Counted from the first letter of the stretch, positions 10,259 through 20,708 are shown. The stretch is DNA of 64,000 bases from an uncultured Nitrospiraceae bacterium (GCA_964402555.1 CAYOCT010000001.1:204049-268048), one strand, 5' to 3'. A program made the numbers and translations. Notes: a model not told the origin generated them from the sequence alone.

Positions 10259-13200
10259 CCGCCTTCCCCCTCAGCGTCATCATCGTCAGCTGTATCCTGG
10301 CCCAGCCGAAATTTGATGTCGAAGTTGATGATGAAATCCACTTCCTCATCATTGAAGCCAAAGTGGTCGGCCAAGATGACATCTATCTTGTCGATATCTG
10401 ACTTAGACAAGCGCGGGTAGAATTCGTCGTATTCTACGACACCTGTTCTTTGGTAAGGAATCCGTCTCCGCGCTCGGTTCTTACGGAGACTCTTCATCAG
10501 ATTTTGTCCGGCCGCGCGCAACGGCCCCCCGTACGACTTCGCCAAGGCAGGCAAGTCTAGAGGAAAATCGAGGATAATTTCCCTGCCGCAGTGATATACG
10601 TCTGAGTACGTCACAAACCACTGATAGAACAAGCTGCTGTTGAGGATGGCAACCAACGCGGCCTGTTGTGCCTCAGCGGCAGCGCCAAAGATCTTGTAGT
10701 CTTCGGAACGTTTGATGCCGTCCCTTTCGCTGGAGAAATAAGGCACAAAATCCATCGCCTTAACAAAATGGGCTACTATTCTGTGACTGTACACTTCATG
10801 ATGTGACCTCTCGCTCACAAACAGGCCGAGAGACCTTTTCTCAGAACACAGCTTCGAGAGGAGCGAGAGATGAGTATCCGAATAAATCTTCGGTCTAAGA
10901 CTGACTCGGGTAAGGTGACTGCCGGATTGTGTGTACTGAATTAATGGAAAGAGCGAATCACGACCATCGGCGTACCAACGCTGGAAACGTGTGCTGAATT
11001 CAGTTGGCGAAAGCAAGTTCTTTGCTTGCAGCAAAATCGCCAGGCGGAATTTTACGCCGTTGAACAAAATAGACGGATGAGCGTCGCCTGAGTAAAAGCT
11101 TGCATGCGTCAGCAAGTGGCTGTTCACCCAAGTATCCCGTAGTGGTCGCATGCGTTCGGTAGCCACACAGCTTACCGGGACAATCATTCCAAACTTGCCG
11201 CGAGCGGATAACAATGCATACGACCGCTCGCAGATCACAGTGTAGACATTTCCACATGAAAGAGTTGCGTAACTGGCCGGAATCGGCCGGTAACCTTGAA
11301 CTTTGCTCCATTCTACATAGGGTGGATTGCCAATGATAACGTCAAAACCGCCGCCGTTCATGATGCTGTAGAACTCGATGAACCAGTGAAAGGGATGATA
11401 TGAATTCACCCACTTGCGGAACTCGGTTTCATAGGCCTTCTTCGGCCTGACGCTTTCGACTCCAATTCCATATTCTTCCGCAAGATAACGATTCAGTTCG
11501 TTCTCGAGATCTTGAAGGCGCCTCTGAAGCTCCAGCTTGTGTTCCGTGGGTACCGATGTATCACCTTCGGTCTGACGCTTTCGGAATGCATCAAAAGTTT
11601 GTTGCAAGTCAGCTGCCTTAACAGTAATTGTCTCCATCTTGTCGTCAAAGTCGAACTTGCTCTTGACGGTCTTTTCGACTTCGAGGTAGGTGGCATAGCC
11701 AATGAGCGTGTTTCCGGAGCGGATGTTGAAATCTATGTCCGGCAGGGGCTCAATGCCAAGGTTTTCTCGTACGGGATCTGGATTGACTTGTGCGGCGAGC
11801 TTGAGGAAAAGGCGGAGCTTACAGATTTCGACGGCCTCGTCCATGATATCGACACCGTAGAGGTTGTTGATCACTATGGACTTGAGGACGAAATAGCGTC
11901 GGTTAGGGTGTTTGTCCATTTCGTCCAGCACCTCGCGGAAATCGCTGAGCTTCTTCGGGCTGTGCTTCCGTTCGGAGTGCTCAAGGTCTTCGAGTAATCC
12001 CTGCATGCCGTCGAGGCAGGCGTTGTAGAGCGGTTCGAGGATGTTGAGCGCGGCGAAGAGGAAGGCGCCTGACCCGCATGTGGGGTCGAGAATCGAGATG
12101 CGTGCAAGCGCCTTCCAGAACGCGCGGACGAGTTCCGGTCCTTCGCTGTTGACTATGGCGTCATCGGCAAACTGCTCGATGTCGAGGTTCAGGGTAACGA
12201 AGTCGTTGATTGCCTGGATTCCGCCAGCGGCCAGCTTCTCTCGCAACTCGAGACACCGTTTCCGTCGTTCGGCATACTCACGCCAGGTTTCCGTAGGCAA
12301 CGCGAGATCTTCGCCATCAGGACCGGGGACGCTGGCTTGTCCCAGGTTGTACTGCCTGTTGAACATCCGTTTCTTCGGGTCGGCCATCCCCTCGCGAACG
12401 AACTCGGGCAACGTGGAATCCGGAATAATCGTTCCATCAGCGTTGACGACGCCAGAACGCACGGCCGGATAGATGTAGCGGTCGGCGTCATCACGAAGCA
12501 AGCGCCAGATGCCACCGTCCGGCCTAAATGCGATGGGACATTCCTTCTGTGCGGCGTCGAACAGATACGGGATGATGGTATTGCGACCGATATAGCCGGT
12601 GATGTCCTCCTTCGTGTAATAGGCGCCCATCTGCTTCTGGTTGATGTACTTCTCGAAGATGTAGCCGAGAACGTCCGGATTGATTTCGTTGTCGGCACGC
12701 AACGGGCGTTCGTCGAGGTGCCAGGTGTAGCTGTCGAAGAAGTCGAAGATGGCCACGAATGCTTCATCGGGGATGTCGATGCCGCTATACTGCCGCTCAA
12801 GCTCGTGCACATCGAACAGGCCACCGTTCAGGTAAGGCACTCTGCCCAAGAGCGCTTCAAGGTCGCGCGCGCGGTCTTTGGCCGGCTTGCCAAGTCCTTC
12901 GTGGAACAGACGCAGCAGGAAGAAACGATAGAATGAAAGGAATTTGCCCTTGCCTCGGCGTTCCTGGACCATCTTGAGGCGGTTGCGGAGGTAATCGGGA
13001 TCGCCGTCGAGGAATCCACGCTTCTGGATGAAGTAGACAAACATCATCCGGTTGAGCATGAGCGAGGCGTACCAGTCACGATCCGTCCGCTCGTCAATGC
13101 CTTGGATGAATTTGAGGAAAGTCTGGTGCTCTTTCTTGAAGCGGTCATAGAAGCGTTTCGTGACGCGCTCGACATCCAGCGCCGAACGTGTACGCGCCGT

Positions 13201-13653
13201 CACGTCGGTGATGGTGAGGCGCTCTTCTTCCTCAAGCTCGAATGCCAGCCCTTGAAGTTTCTCGACGAGCGCCTGCCCGGTCTGATCCGCACGATACGTA
13301 TGTTCGCGGCACGCGGCTCCTTTGCCTGCCTGGCGCTTGACCCATTGCCAGATCTGGATCGTCTGCTTTGCATCGGTGAAGACGATCAGGTGCTCGTGGG
13401 CGGACTTGCGAGCCTGTTGTTCAATCTTGCGGCGAAGGGGATACGGTGGCGCCGCACCGTCCATGCTGGGACTACACACGTAGACGACCATGCCGCATTT
13501 CTCGGCGAGCGGTTTCAGAACGTAATCGGCGCCGGCAACGGAAACAACAAGAGGCTGCGCCGCATAGCAGTTCCAACCAAGTTCCTCAATCAATAGCCCG
13601 GTGAGGTCAAACTCTCTGAGGCGTTTGCGGACGTTCTCGACACTCACAGGCAT
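10255..13653 (-). CDS. N6-adenine DNA methyltransferase, Eco57I/PglX/type IIG-like, 1132 aa
   Basis: Motif I ILDPTCGSGAFL, motif IV VIIGNPPYV, and the conserved YLNGGLFD segment. Confidence 0.8.
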   Translation of the reverse strand: MPVSVENVRKRLREFDLTGLLIEELGWNCYAAQPLVVSVAGADYVLKPLAEKCGMVVYVCSPSMDGAAPPYPLRRKIEQQARKSAHEHLIVFTDAKQTIQIWQWVKRQAGKGAACREHTYRADQTGQALVEKLQGLAFELEEEERLTITDVTARTRSALDVERVTKRFYDRFKKEHQTFLKFIQGIDERTDRDWYASLMLNRMMFVYFIQKRGFLDGDPDYLRNRLKMVQERRGKGKFLSFYRFFLLRLFHEGLGKPAKDRARDLEALLGRVPYLNGGLFDVHELERQYSGIDIPDEAFVAIFDFFDSYTWHLDERPLRADNEINPDVLGYIFEKYINQKQMGAYYTKEDITGYIGRNTIIPYLFDAAQKECPIAFRPDGGIWRLLRDDADRYIYPAVRSGVVNADGTIIPDSTLPEFVREGMADPKKRMFNRQYNLGQASVPGPDGEDLALPTETWREYAERRKRCLELREKLAAGGIQAINDFVTLNLDIEQFADDAIVNSEGPELVRAFWKALARISILDPTCGSGAFLFAALNILEPLYNACLDGMQGLLEDLEHSERKHSPKKLSDFREVLDEMDKHPNRRYFVLKSIVINNLYGVDIMDEAVEICKLRLFLKLAAQVNPDPVRENLGIEPLPDIDFNIRSGNTLIGYATYLEVEKTVKSKFDFDDKMETITVKAADLQQTFDAFRKRQTEGDTSVPTEHKLELQRRLQDLENELNRYLAEEYGIGVESVRPKKAYETEFRKWVNSYHPFHWFIEFYSIMNGGGFDVIIGNPPYVEWSKVQGYRPIPASYATLSCGNVYTVICERSYALLSARGKFGMIVPVSCVATERMRPLRDTWVNSHLLTHASFYSGDAHPSILFNGVKFRLAILLQAKNLLSPTEFSTRFQRWYADGRDSLFPLIQYTQSGSHLTRVSLRPKIYSDTHLSLLSKLCSEKRSLGLFVSERSHHEVYSHRIVAHFVKAMDFVPYFSSERDGIKRSEDYKIFGAAAEAQQAALVAILNSSLFYQWFVTYSDVYHCGREIILDFPLDLPALAKSYGGPLRAAGQNLMKSLRKNRARRRIPYQRTGVVEYDEFYPRLSKSDIDKIDVILADHFGFNDEEVDFIINFDIKFRLGQDTADDDDAEGEGG

Positions 13654-16600
13654 GCATCATCTCCCTTGAACAGCCCCATGGAACAAATGATCCGCGGTTC
13701 GTGCGTTTGCGCTTCTTCCTCAACAAGGCACAGACGGCCTTCTTCGCGCAAAACCATGACCAATTCGGCCAGCTTCTGGTCGTCAATACCGAGTCGCAGT
13801 TGACGATTCAGGGCATCGGTTGCCACCTGACGGAGCGGGTATCGATAGATCTCATCAATGACGCGGTAAAGTTCGGGCGTCTCGAAAAGCGTTCCCTTGA
13901 TCTCCTCGGCATGCCGTTTGAGCCGTTCGTAAGTTCTAAACCGCGCGCCGCTGGGCCGGCCCAATTGCCCGCCGACCTGGCGTTCTTCCGTAGCGATATG
14001 CTGGATTGCTTCCCGCACGAGGGGGTGATGCCTGGGATTACGCGGAATAGCCGGAGTTTCGAGAGGGCATTCGGCGATTCGGAGGATTTCAAACTGGGAT
14101 TCTGTGATGCTGGCGCCGCCTGTGTCCACGTAAGCGAGGGCGTCGTTGTCTTCCGCCGTACGGGCATAGACGAGCACGCCTTCCGGCTTGCGTTCGGTCG
14201 GGGCGTGCGCGCGAGTTGAATAGGCCACGTCCGGCAGTTCGGGCACGATCTTTTCCAGTTCCGGATTGGAGTCAATGGCGTTCTTCCAGATCTGGTATGC
14301 GTATGACGCCAAGTCGACTTCCGCGTCATCCTCGCCGTCAAGGATACCGGCCTTTTCGGTAAACAGGTCGCGGACGCTCTGCTCGTTGTTATCGTCCTCG
14401 AAGAACGACTCATCCGTACCGACCACTTCGGCATTTTCGCGAAGTCTGCTGCGAACCCTGGAACGCAAGCGAATGATGCGCTCGACTCCCTCCGCGGGAA
14501 GGAATGAGTAACAGAGTATGTCCTCCGCTTTCTGACCGATACGGTCCACGCGGCCGGCGCGCTGGATCAGGCGAATGATAGCCCACGGTAGATCAAAGTT
14601 AACGACTATGGCGCAATCTTGCAGGTTTTGGCCTTCGCTCAAGATATCCGTGGCAACCAGCACGCGCAATTCCTGGGCCGGCGATATCCGGTCTCGCTTG
14701 TTGTTGCTGACCGGACTGAACCGCCACGCCAGTTCGGTTGGGTTCGCGGAATCGGAGGTTGCGCCCGCCACACCGTCTATACCCCTCGCCTTAAGCTGAG
14801 TCTCAAGATAGCGGACCGTATCCGCGAACTGTGTGAAGATTAGGACCTTCTCCATGGCATGTCGTTCGGCAAGCAGATCGACCAACGCCTGCAATTTGGC
14901 ATCGCGCTCTCGGTCCCATTCTCCTGTCCGGGCCAGCAGTTTGAGTAAGGCTTCCGCGTCCGCGCGCAGATGCTTGGCGAGTGCTTCAGTGAACAAGCCA
15001 GGCCTAATCCATTTGAAAGACTTGCGATGCTCTGTTTCGTAATCAACGTATACTTCTGCCGCACGACGCCGGAAATCAGCTTCATTGCGAAGCGTCGTCC
15101 CTGGGACAGAAGCGATAGGCTGGTCGTCGTTGTTGTCGGCGTCATCGGCAAACAGGTCGCTCGTGGCTTCTTCGGCATCCTCGTCAGTCATCCGAGTATC
15201 AAGCATTTCGGAAGTCTGTGAACCCAACGGCAGAGGCAGGCCGTTCTCGATGGCATGCAGGTAAACAAAATTACGCAGAATGTGCCGCTCGACGGACTGA
15301 ACGAAAGCCATGCCGCAGCTTTCAAGGCGTTTGAACAGGTTCGTGCGGCAGAATCCCATGAGCCGTTTCCCGGCGCGAGACAAGTCTTGCAGCACTCGCG
15401 CCTCGGCCTGGGTGGGCGGTTGCTCAGGAGTCGGCACTTCATAGTTGCCCAAGCCATAACGGGGCAAGTACAGTCCGTTGATGATATCCACAACGGGCTT
15501 GGCGTAAAGCTGGGCGTACTGATCGTTCTTGTCTTTGTCGTTGATTGTAAACTTCACCGTCCTTGGGAGACGTTCCGGGAAATATGAGCGCGTGCCGTCC
15601 TCAAACGTCAGATAACACCTGCCATTATCCGCGTCGACGGTAGCGTAATTGTCCTTGATGAAGCTGCGGGTCCGGCGCACGAGGTAGAGGCGCATCAAAT
15701 CGCGCCAGTCGTCGGCATGCTCGCTCTTCTCGAACGCGGAAAGCGACCTGACCGAACACTGATGCCGCCGGATGAATTCGGTCTCGCTGATTTGACGCAA
15801 TAACGCTTCCGGCCGGATTCCGATGTCACGATCTTCTTCAACGAACAGGCGCAGCTGGCTGGAGAGATCGAGGTAGGTCTTGTTGTACGGCGTGGCGGTC
15901 AGCAGGATGCACTTGCTGTCGTTCGCGCGGATGTAGTCCTGGATGACGCGGTAGCGGCGGCCTTCACGATTGCGCAGGTTGTGGCTCTCGTCCAAGATGA
16001 TGAGACGATAACGCCGGAGGTCAGGCAATTGTCTGATGACGCGGCTAATCGAGAGCACGCGTCCGCGAAGGCGATACTGTTCCCGGTAGTCTTCCCACAT
16101 GGAGACGAGATTCTTGGGACAGATGATTAGGGTTTCGAGATCGTGGTCATCCTCGAAGATGCGCGCAAGTGCGGTGGCCATGAGCGTCTTGCCGAGACCG
16201 ACGACGTCACCCACGAGCACGCCGTTTCGGCGCAGCAGATGATGCGCGGCGATCTTCACGGCAGCGACCTGGTAGTCGAAAAGCTTGTTGCCGAAATCCT
16301 TCGGAATGCGGAACTCAGACAGGCCGGAACGCGCCTCCCGCGACAGGTGATAGGCGATCTTGATGTAGATTTGATAAGGCGGAATCGGTTCCTCGCGAGC
16401 CCAGCTTTCGTCGATAATCGCGACCAACTCATTCGAGACGTCGATGCAGAAGCGGTCGTTCCAGCGATCCTCAAACCACTTCGCGAGTTTCTGGCACGCG
16501 TCGAGGTCCATGACGTCGATGTTGAGCTCGCCCTGATTCACGAGGCCGGCGAGCGTCAAGTTGCTGCTGCCCAGATATCCCACGATGGGGTTGATCGGGT

Positions 16601-17048
16601 CGGGACGGAAGAGCAGGTAAAGCTTGGCGTGAAGCGGATGCCGCAGGAAGAGCTTCACCACGACCTTCTTGGCGCGGATTTGCGCCACGAGGCGGCGAAG
16701 CGCTTCCTCATCTTCATTGGTGGGTGTGCCAAACGTAAGTTGCTGGCGAAATTCCTGCGCAAGCTGCTTCTTGAGGCGTGCCGCGGTAGCGTTGTCTATT
16801 TCGGCGCCGCCGTCGACGACGCTCATTGCTTCGCGTAACTGGTCTTGCGGTAAACGCTGCATTCCCACGAGAAGCCGGCAGCATTGCCCCGCATCGCTTC
16901 CTGCCCATTTCTCGACCTGGGTGTGAAGCTGCTTCCATCCGCGCAGATTGAAATAGCCGACGCAAAAGTCGGCCCGGTCGGAACGCGCGAGGGTTTCCTG
17001 CAGTGCCTTGGATAGATTGGCCTCGATGTTGTCGAAAACTCTAGGCAT
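13644..17048 (-). CDS. PLD-family nuclease domain fused to an SNF2-family helicase, 1134 aa
   Basis: HxK PLD motif HPLHAKLYLL. Helicase motifs GLGKT and DESHNLRN plus a C-terminal helicase block (NFDLPW). Overlaps the methyltransferase start by 10 nt. Confidence 0.8.
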   Translation of the reverse strand: MPRVFDNIEANLSKALQETLARSDRADFCVGYFNLRGWKQLHTQVEKWAGSDAGQCCRLLVGMQRLPQDQLREAMSVVDGGAEIDNATAARLKKQLAQEFRQQLTFGTPTNEDEEALRRLVAQIRAKKVVVKLFLRHPLHAKLYLLFRPDPINPIVGYLGSSNLTLAGLVNQGELNIDVMDLDACQKLAKWFEDRWNDRFCIDVSNELVAIIDESWAREEPIPPYQIYIKIAYHLSREARSGLSEFRIPKDFGNKLFDYQVAAVKIAAHHLLRRNGVLVGDVVGLGKTLMATALARIFEDDHDLETLIICPKNLVSMWEDYREQYRLRGRVLSISRVIRQLPDLRRYRLIILDESHNLRNREGRRYRVIQDYIRANDSKCILLTATPYNKTYLDLSSQLRLFVEEDRDIGIRPEALLRQISETEFIRRHQCSVRSLSAFEKSEHADDWRDLMRLYLVRRTRSFIKDNYATVDADNGRCYLTFEDGTRSYFPERLPRTVKFTINDKDKNDQYAQLYAKPVVDIINGLYLPRYGLGNYEVPTPEQPPTQAEARVLQDLSRAGKRLMGFCRTNLFKRLESCGMAFVQSVERHILRNFVYLHAIENGLPLPLGSQTSEMLDTRMTDEDAEEATSDLFADDADNNDDQPIASVPGTTLRNEADFRRRAAEVYVDYETEHRKSFKWIRPGLFTEALAKHLRADAEALLKLLARTGEWDRERDAKLQALVDLLAERHAMEKVLIFTQFADTVRYLETQLKARGIDGVAGATSDSANPTELAWRFSPVSNNKRDRISPAQELRVLVATDILSEGQNLQDCAIVVNFDLPWAIIRLIQRAGRVDRIGQKAEDILCYSFLPAEGVERIIRLRSRVRSRLRENAEVVGTDESFFEDDNNEQSVRDLFTEKAGILDGEDDAEVDLASYAYQIWKNAIDSNPELEKIVPELPDVAYSTRAHAPTERKPEGVLVYARTAEDNDALAYVDTGGASITESQFEILRIAECPLETPAIPRNPRHHPLVREAIQHIATEERQVGGQLGRPSGARFRTYERLKRHAEEIKGTLFETPELYRVIDEIYRYPLRQVATDALNRQLRLGIDDQKLAELVMVLREEGRLCLVEEEAQTHEPRIICSMGLFKGDDACL

Positions 17049-17103
17049 TATGACTGGTTCCCTTCAGCTGCCACTCTCATTAATGTCTTCTATCCCCGCG
17101 ATT

Positions 17104-17286
17104 TCAGTCCCGTTTTCCTTCTTTCAACCACGTGTCAAGGGCATCTCGGTGAAACCGCCAGTGCTTGCCGACCTTCTGACACGGAATCCGGCCTTCCTGG
17201 GCCAGCCTGTACAAGGACGATTTCGGTATCCTCAAGTACCGGCAGACTTCTTCGATCGTCATGACTTCTGGCTCTTTGCGAACCAT
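17104..17286 (-). CDS. Small HTH DNA-binding protein (AlpA/excisionase/MerR-like)
   Basis: TIEEVCRYLRIPKSSLYRLAQEGRIPCQKVGKHWRF. Sits 55 bp upstream of the PLD-SNF2 gene. Confidence 0.65.
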   Translation of the reverse strand: MVRKEPEVMTIEEVCRYLRIPKSSLYRLAQEGRIPCQKVGKHWRFHRDALDTWLKEGKRD

Positions 17287-17890
17287 AGGCTCCTTTTCCT
17301 AGTTTCAGGTACCGGAAGTTATTCTGCTAGTTTCTACTCGTTATTGTCAACGAAGCATGGCTTCAAATTTAGGTTCTGCCCAAGTTGATTCAGGCTATAA
17401 GTCTGAGCCAACGACCTTTGGACTACCACCCCGACGGTCGCGGGCAAGAAGGTCGCCGCGCCGCAATTAGTTACGTTGTCCGAATGGACAGGTTGATACC
17501 AAATTGCTACTTGCCGGGCTGGAGTACGAAATCATCGAGGCAAGGCTTCGGCAGCCTCGGGGTCACATTCAGGTGCCCAAGATGCCCGCCATCCTCTTCC
17601 CCGACTGACAGGCCTGGTTCTCCAGCGGCTGACCCGTCGGAATTGGGTCTTCGGCAAAACGTGCCATTGGTTCGCGAGGATGGCGCATTAGGTCCTGTGG
17701 ATGGCACATTCCCGCCGGCCGAACAGTGACACTGACTCAACCCAAGAAGAGGCGCAGTTTCCCGTAGATCTTGCGTTTCCGCTGCCCGTTATTCGAAGGG
17801 CGCACAAGTGAGCGCACGTATTTCTCTTGATCTCGCGGATTTGCGTGCGCGCCGCTAATTCCGCTCACAAAATACGAGCGCGCACGTATT

Positions 17891-18265
17891 TTACGAGCGC
17901 TGCTCATGAACAGTTCCTTTGCCTTTCCCTTTCGGGGAGATCTTGTCTTCCTGAGCCAACCGTTTCAAGAGACGGGTCGCCTGAAACAGACTGATTCTGC
18001 ACAGGTCTGTCACGTCGGCGCGCTTGATGGAACCGTGCTTGGCAAGATAGGCCAAGACCATTCGCTCCTGTTGGATGACATCGAATCCGGCCTGCCGGAC
18101 GTAGGCTGTCCATCTTTGACTCCGCTTTCAAGACTCTCAGCCGGTATTCGAAATAGTCCGCGTCGGAGACTTTGCCGTCATCTTCGATGGCTGTTTGCGA
18201 ATCATGCGGTCTTCGTTGAATCAAGTGGCGCAGAACCTTGTCGTCTCCCCGCCGTTTCAATCTGA
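17891..18265 (-). pseudogene. Frameshifted remnant of a Schlafen-like regulator C-terminus (wHTH)
   Basis: Minus-strand frame gives ...QQERMVLAYLAKHGSIKRADVTDLCRISLFQATRLLKRLAQEDKISPKGKGKGTVHEQRS*, homologous to the C-terminus of the 5308..6954 product. The upstream part is in another frame. Confidence 0.5.
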
Positions 18266-18344
18266 AACCCCCAGGCCCTTCTTGCCGCTTTGTGTATGGA
18301 ACGAAGCCAGGACATTCCTTGGCATCAACGACTGGAGGAAGCAA

Positions 18345-19286
18345 ATGGCCCGTCGTCTGGACAAACACGAGATCGAATTGTTGCGTCAACTTGCAGACTT
18401 TAGGATGCTGACGCTCACGCAGACCAGCGTTCTGAGTTCCAAAAGCCACCGCACGGCGCGGCGCAGAATGAAAGAACTGGTAGACCATGGCTCTGCCGAA
18501 CTTCTGCCCGTATCAATCTCGCAGCGGCGTGGTCGTCCGGAGGGCGTCTTCGGCGTCAGCCAAGAAGGCCTTGCCGCGCTCCGCTCTGAGAACGTTTTGC
18601 CAAAGGCAGCCGAGTTCAGTCAGGTTGGCGGCAAAGCGCTCATCGGCCAGCATGGCCATCAGCTTCTTCTGAATTGGTGCCGGATTCATCTCGATCATCT
18701 AACCAGGACTCTTCCACGGCTCGACTGTGCCTTTCTCTCGTCGAAGTCACCGTTTGATCTGGATCGCGACTCGGGCGGTCCGGTCGTTCGGGATTTCGTG
18801 CCTGTGTCAGAAGGGAGCGAGCCGGACGAGAAATGTCATTTTATCCCTGACGGCGTCTTCATCCTCACCGACTCCGAGATAGCCAAGTCATTTCTCTTTT
18901 TCTTGGAGGTGGACTTGGGTTCGGAGCCCCTCGATAGTTCAGAATCGGGACGGGCCGCCATCGTCCGGAAGATTCAGACGTACCAGTCGTACTTCGAGTG
19001 CGAACGGTACAAACGATACGAAGAAACCTGGCAAGTCAAGCTCAATGGGTTTCGTATGCTCTTCGTGACGTCCACTTCCAGTCGGATGACGTCGCTATGC
19101 CGAGTGATTCAGTCCATGCCTCCGCCTCCGTCTGATTTCATCTGGGCGACCTGCCAAGACAGCCTGTTCGCGGAAGGAATTTCCGGAAACATCTGGGCTC
19201 GTGGCGGCAAGCATGATCTCGCCCGACAATCCATCCTGGGCGGCTTAGCCATGAAGGCCCCGATCCCGGAACTCGCGGTCTCGTAG
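18345..19286 (+). CDS. Replication-relaxation family protein
   Basis: MARRLDKHEIELLRQLADFRMLTLTQ N-terminus. RBS GGAGGAAG precedes the ATG at 18345. Confidence 0.7.
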   Translation: MARRLDKHEIELLRQLADFRMLTLTQTSVLSSKSHRTARRRMKELVDHGSAELLPVSISQRRGRPEGVFGVSQEGLAALRSENVLPKAAEFSQVGGKALIGQHGHQLLLNWCRIHLDHLTRTLPRLDCAFLSSKSPFDLDRDSGGPVVRDFVPVSEGSEPDEKCHFIPDGVFILTDSEIAKSFLFFLEVDLGSEPLDSSESGRAAIVRKIQTYQSYFECERYKRYEETWQVKLNGFRMLFVTSTSSRMTSLCRVIQSMPPPPSDFIWATCQDSLFAEGISGNIWARGGKHDLARQSILGGLAMKAPIPELAVS

Positions 19287-19462
19287 GTTTGCAGCCAAAG
19301 CCATCCATGTCCCCCGTTTCCTTCGGTCTCAGCGAATCTCGGCTCCCTTCCCCTGAGACGTCAGGCTGCGCCCGCCCTCACGACTTCCATACTCAGGAGG
19401 CGGGGCCTCAGAGCTTGTTGCCACTCCGCAAATACATGTTGCGGGGCAGCCGGTGACAAAAC

Positions 19463-19570
19463 AACAGGGCCTGAAATGGCCGGAAACCGCGCCCTTTTCT
19501 GGCCAAACACCCCCTAAAATGGCCTAAAATGGGTGTTCGTTTTGGCCAAATCTGTCCTTTTCTGGCCAAG
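19463..19570. repeat. Iteron-like direct repeats (CTTTTCTGGCCAA x2, GTTTTGGCCAA x1, AAATGGCC x2); putative origin region
   Basis: Repeats sit about 200 bp downstream of the replication-relaxation gene in non-coding DNA. Confidence 0.45.
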
Positions 19571-19994
19571 TGCCATACGAGCTAAAAGCCTAGCTTCTCA
19601 TGACTTACGACGGTGGCCAAAACGAGACTAAGAAGAGAGACATAGGGTTTTGAGTTCTTTGATTCCTGGTGGGCTGCGGTGGGGCGATATGGCGTGTTTC
19701 CAGTGTTTGTTGTGAGGCTGAGCATCTCCTTGTTTGAAGAAGTCCGTTGGTCGGGGGGGAGTCGGTTGGTGGGATCGGTACAGGTCGGATTGTTTCTCTG
19801 GTCGTTGCGGGGATGGACGAGAGGCAGATCTATTCGGTCTGTTTTTGTGCGGGCGTACGGGATCTGATCACGTGGAGTTCAGTCGGCTCTTGACGGCCCG
19901 TCTTTCGTCAGTTCTTTCTGAGAGCTTCTTGTTGTTCCGTGGGGCGTGCATCTTTGACTTGGTTCTCGATCTGGTTGATCGCGAGGATGGTCAG

Positions 19995-20501
19995 CTACCG
20001 GTATGAAGGGCGAGGTGAATGACGATAGCGAGAGGTGGACGGGCTTCGGATGCCGTATTGAGGTCTGGATTGAACGGGGTCGTATTCTCTGTTTCGGATT
20101 CTGAGCGGGTAATGATTGGGCGGTAGCGGCAGACGTTTGAAGAGGTTATCGGGCCAGTCTTGAATAAGGTCCCAGGGATAGAGCGAAATAACGTGCAGGT
20201 TGTTGGCGGCATAGGCAGCTTTCTTGATGGCAGTTCGGATGTCATAGTCTTGGTTGCCAACGCGGCCGTAGTACTCGATATGAAGGTTGAATTCGGGAAG
20301 GTAGAAGTCGGGGCGGAGGGTTCGGTCTTTGCCATTGTCGTTGACGGTGACCCTTGGTTCGTAGATGAATGGGATGCCGTAGTCGTCGAGCGTGCCCGCT
20401 ATGTGACGTTCGCCCCGTGACCTGAAGCGGTCCGAGGTTTGGTTTTCAGTCCTAGTCCTTTCCTCAAGTGCGGCCTGCATTCCTCTTCTGGGCGTTCTCA
20501 A
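19995..20501 (-). CDS. DUF559/Vsr-like PD-(D/E)xK endonuclease-fold protein with a low-complexity tail
   Basis: YGIPFIYEPRV...RPDFYLPEFNLHIEYYG matches the DUF559 core pattern. Confidence 0.45.
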   Translation of the reverse strand: MRTPRRGMQAALEERTRTENQTSDRFRSRGERHIAGTLDDYGIPFIYEPRVTVNDNGKDRTLRPDFYLPEFNLHIEYYGRVGNQDYDIRTAIKKAAYAANNLHVISLYPWDLIQDWPDNLFKRLPLPPNHYPLRIRNREYDPVQSRPQYGIRSPSTSRYRHSPRPSYR

Positions 20502-20708
20502 GCACCGGTTCTATAAAAAACCTTCGGTGGATGTTCATGCAAACCAGTTAAGATTGCCCGCGCCGTCATGAGCGTCTTGGGGTTCCCCACCCACCCGCCC
20601 AGCTCAGGGGCTCGACCTTCGGCGAGCCCCTGTCTTCCCGCCCACCCAACCCCAAAGGGTGTGGACGTGCTTCGCGCGTCCTGACCGATAGGACGTGGCG
20701 GCGCCCCC

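Noticed and set aside
11512-12936. Plus-strand ORFs inside the methyltransferase gene (11512..11997, 12041..12472, 12337..12936) and inside the helicase genes (for example 16143..16838, 54000..54566)
   Set aside because: They are antisense to long ORFs with clear conserved motifs. They have no RBS and show biased composition typical of shadow frames.
17904-18488. Minus-strand 194-aa ORF taken as a real gene
   Set aside because: Only its 3' portion, in a different frame, shows homology to the Schlafen-like regulator C-terminus. It is treated as a pseudogene fragment that overlaps the replication-relaxation gene.
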